64,000 nt of DNA from Microbotryum violaceum. Lineage: Eukaryota. This document shows positions 63,582 through 64,000 of the stretch, piece after piece. The notes beneath the pieces are model-generated. The model did not search any database, was not told the DNA's origin, and saw nothing but the letters and a program-made list of their open reading frames with translations. The translations under genes and the position numbers were made by a program. Position 1 is the first letter of the stretch, and every line of letters begins with the position of its first letter. The stretch spans positions 1,131,591-1,195,590 of the forward strand of contig LN717261.1 in the NCBI GenBank assembly GCA_001244265.2, written 5' to 3'.

Positions 63582-64000
63582 GCCCTTGCCCCAACCCCTC
63601 TTGTCGAAAGATGCACTGGCTTTGGGACTGTCCCGACACCGCCTGGGCCGCCGCCTTCTGCGCCCGCAAAGCTGCCACGTGGCGCAGTGCACTGTGAGAG
63701 CGAAACACCCGCCGCCAGGCCCTTGTCGCTCCTGCAAGAAGAATCACTGGTCATTCGACTGCAAGAAACCTCTCGAGAACAGCAACAGGCCCAACACGGC
63801 CGACTCGACCGCCGACTCGCAACACCATGTCGGATGTCTCGCTACCGGCCTTCTCGCTCATCGTCGCCAGCTTCGCGCCAACTCCTTCGTCATTGACTCA
63901 GGCGCCACTTCGCGCATGGTCTCGGACAAGTCACTGTTCACGAACTATCGACACGTCGCTCCTACGAAGATTGGTGGTATTGCAGGGGGTATTAACGCCA
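63582..64000 (+). pseudogene. C/E-type gag knuckle piece (to about 63678) fused to an A-type gag/PR piece running off the window
   Basis: [16 protein letters not shown], then [19 protein letters not shown]...VIDSGATS. Confidence 0.82.

Overview
The whole window is a gene-free, GC-rich nest of Ty1/copia LTR retrotransposons (gag-PR-IN-RT-RNaseH order, YVDD, tRNA-iMet half-molecule-type PBS GGTTATnnGCCC). It is eukaryotic and probably from a basidiomycete fungus (inference only). About five families can be told apart by LTR and internal sequence; A-E are my own working labels. They occur as five near-complete elements with both LTRs plus many truncated copies and solo LTRs inserted into one another. 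Only two elements keep a 5-bp target-site duplication (25350-30712 and 48817-53505), and no polyprotein is fully intact. Main unexplained structure 1: families A, B, C and E carry 67-73 nt units at the U5 end of the LTR that look like spliceosomal introns (GT donor, branch-like motif, YAG). Most duplicate the preceding LTR sequence, they occur in 0-3 back-to-back copies, and their exact removal gives the shorter LTR variants seen in the window. In A and B the LTR ends in TA, and the acceptor AG is completed by the first G of the PBS. Main unexplained structure 2: a nearly invariant, hairpin-forming 106-nt GT..AG block sits in the otherwise divergent IN-RT linker of A and B; splicing it would shift the frame before RT. 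Splicing is inferred from sequence only. Coordinates were counted by hand and may be off by a few bases. Many 1-nt frameshifts may be long-read errors.
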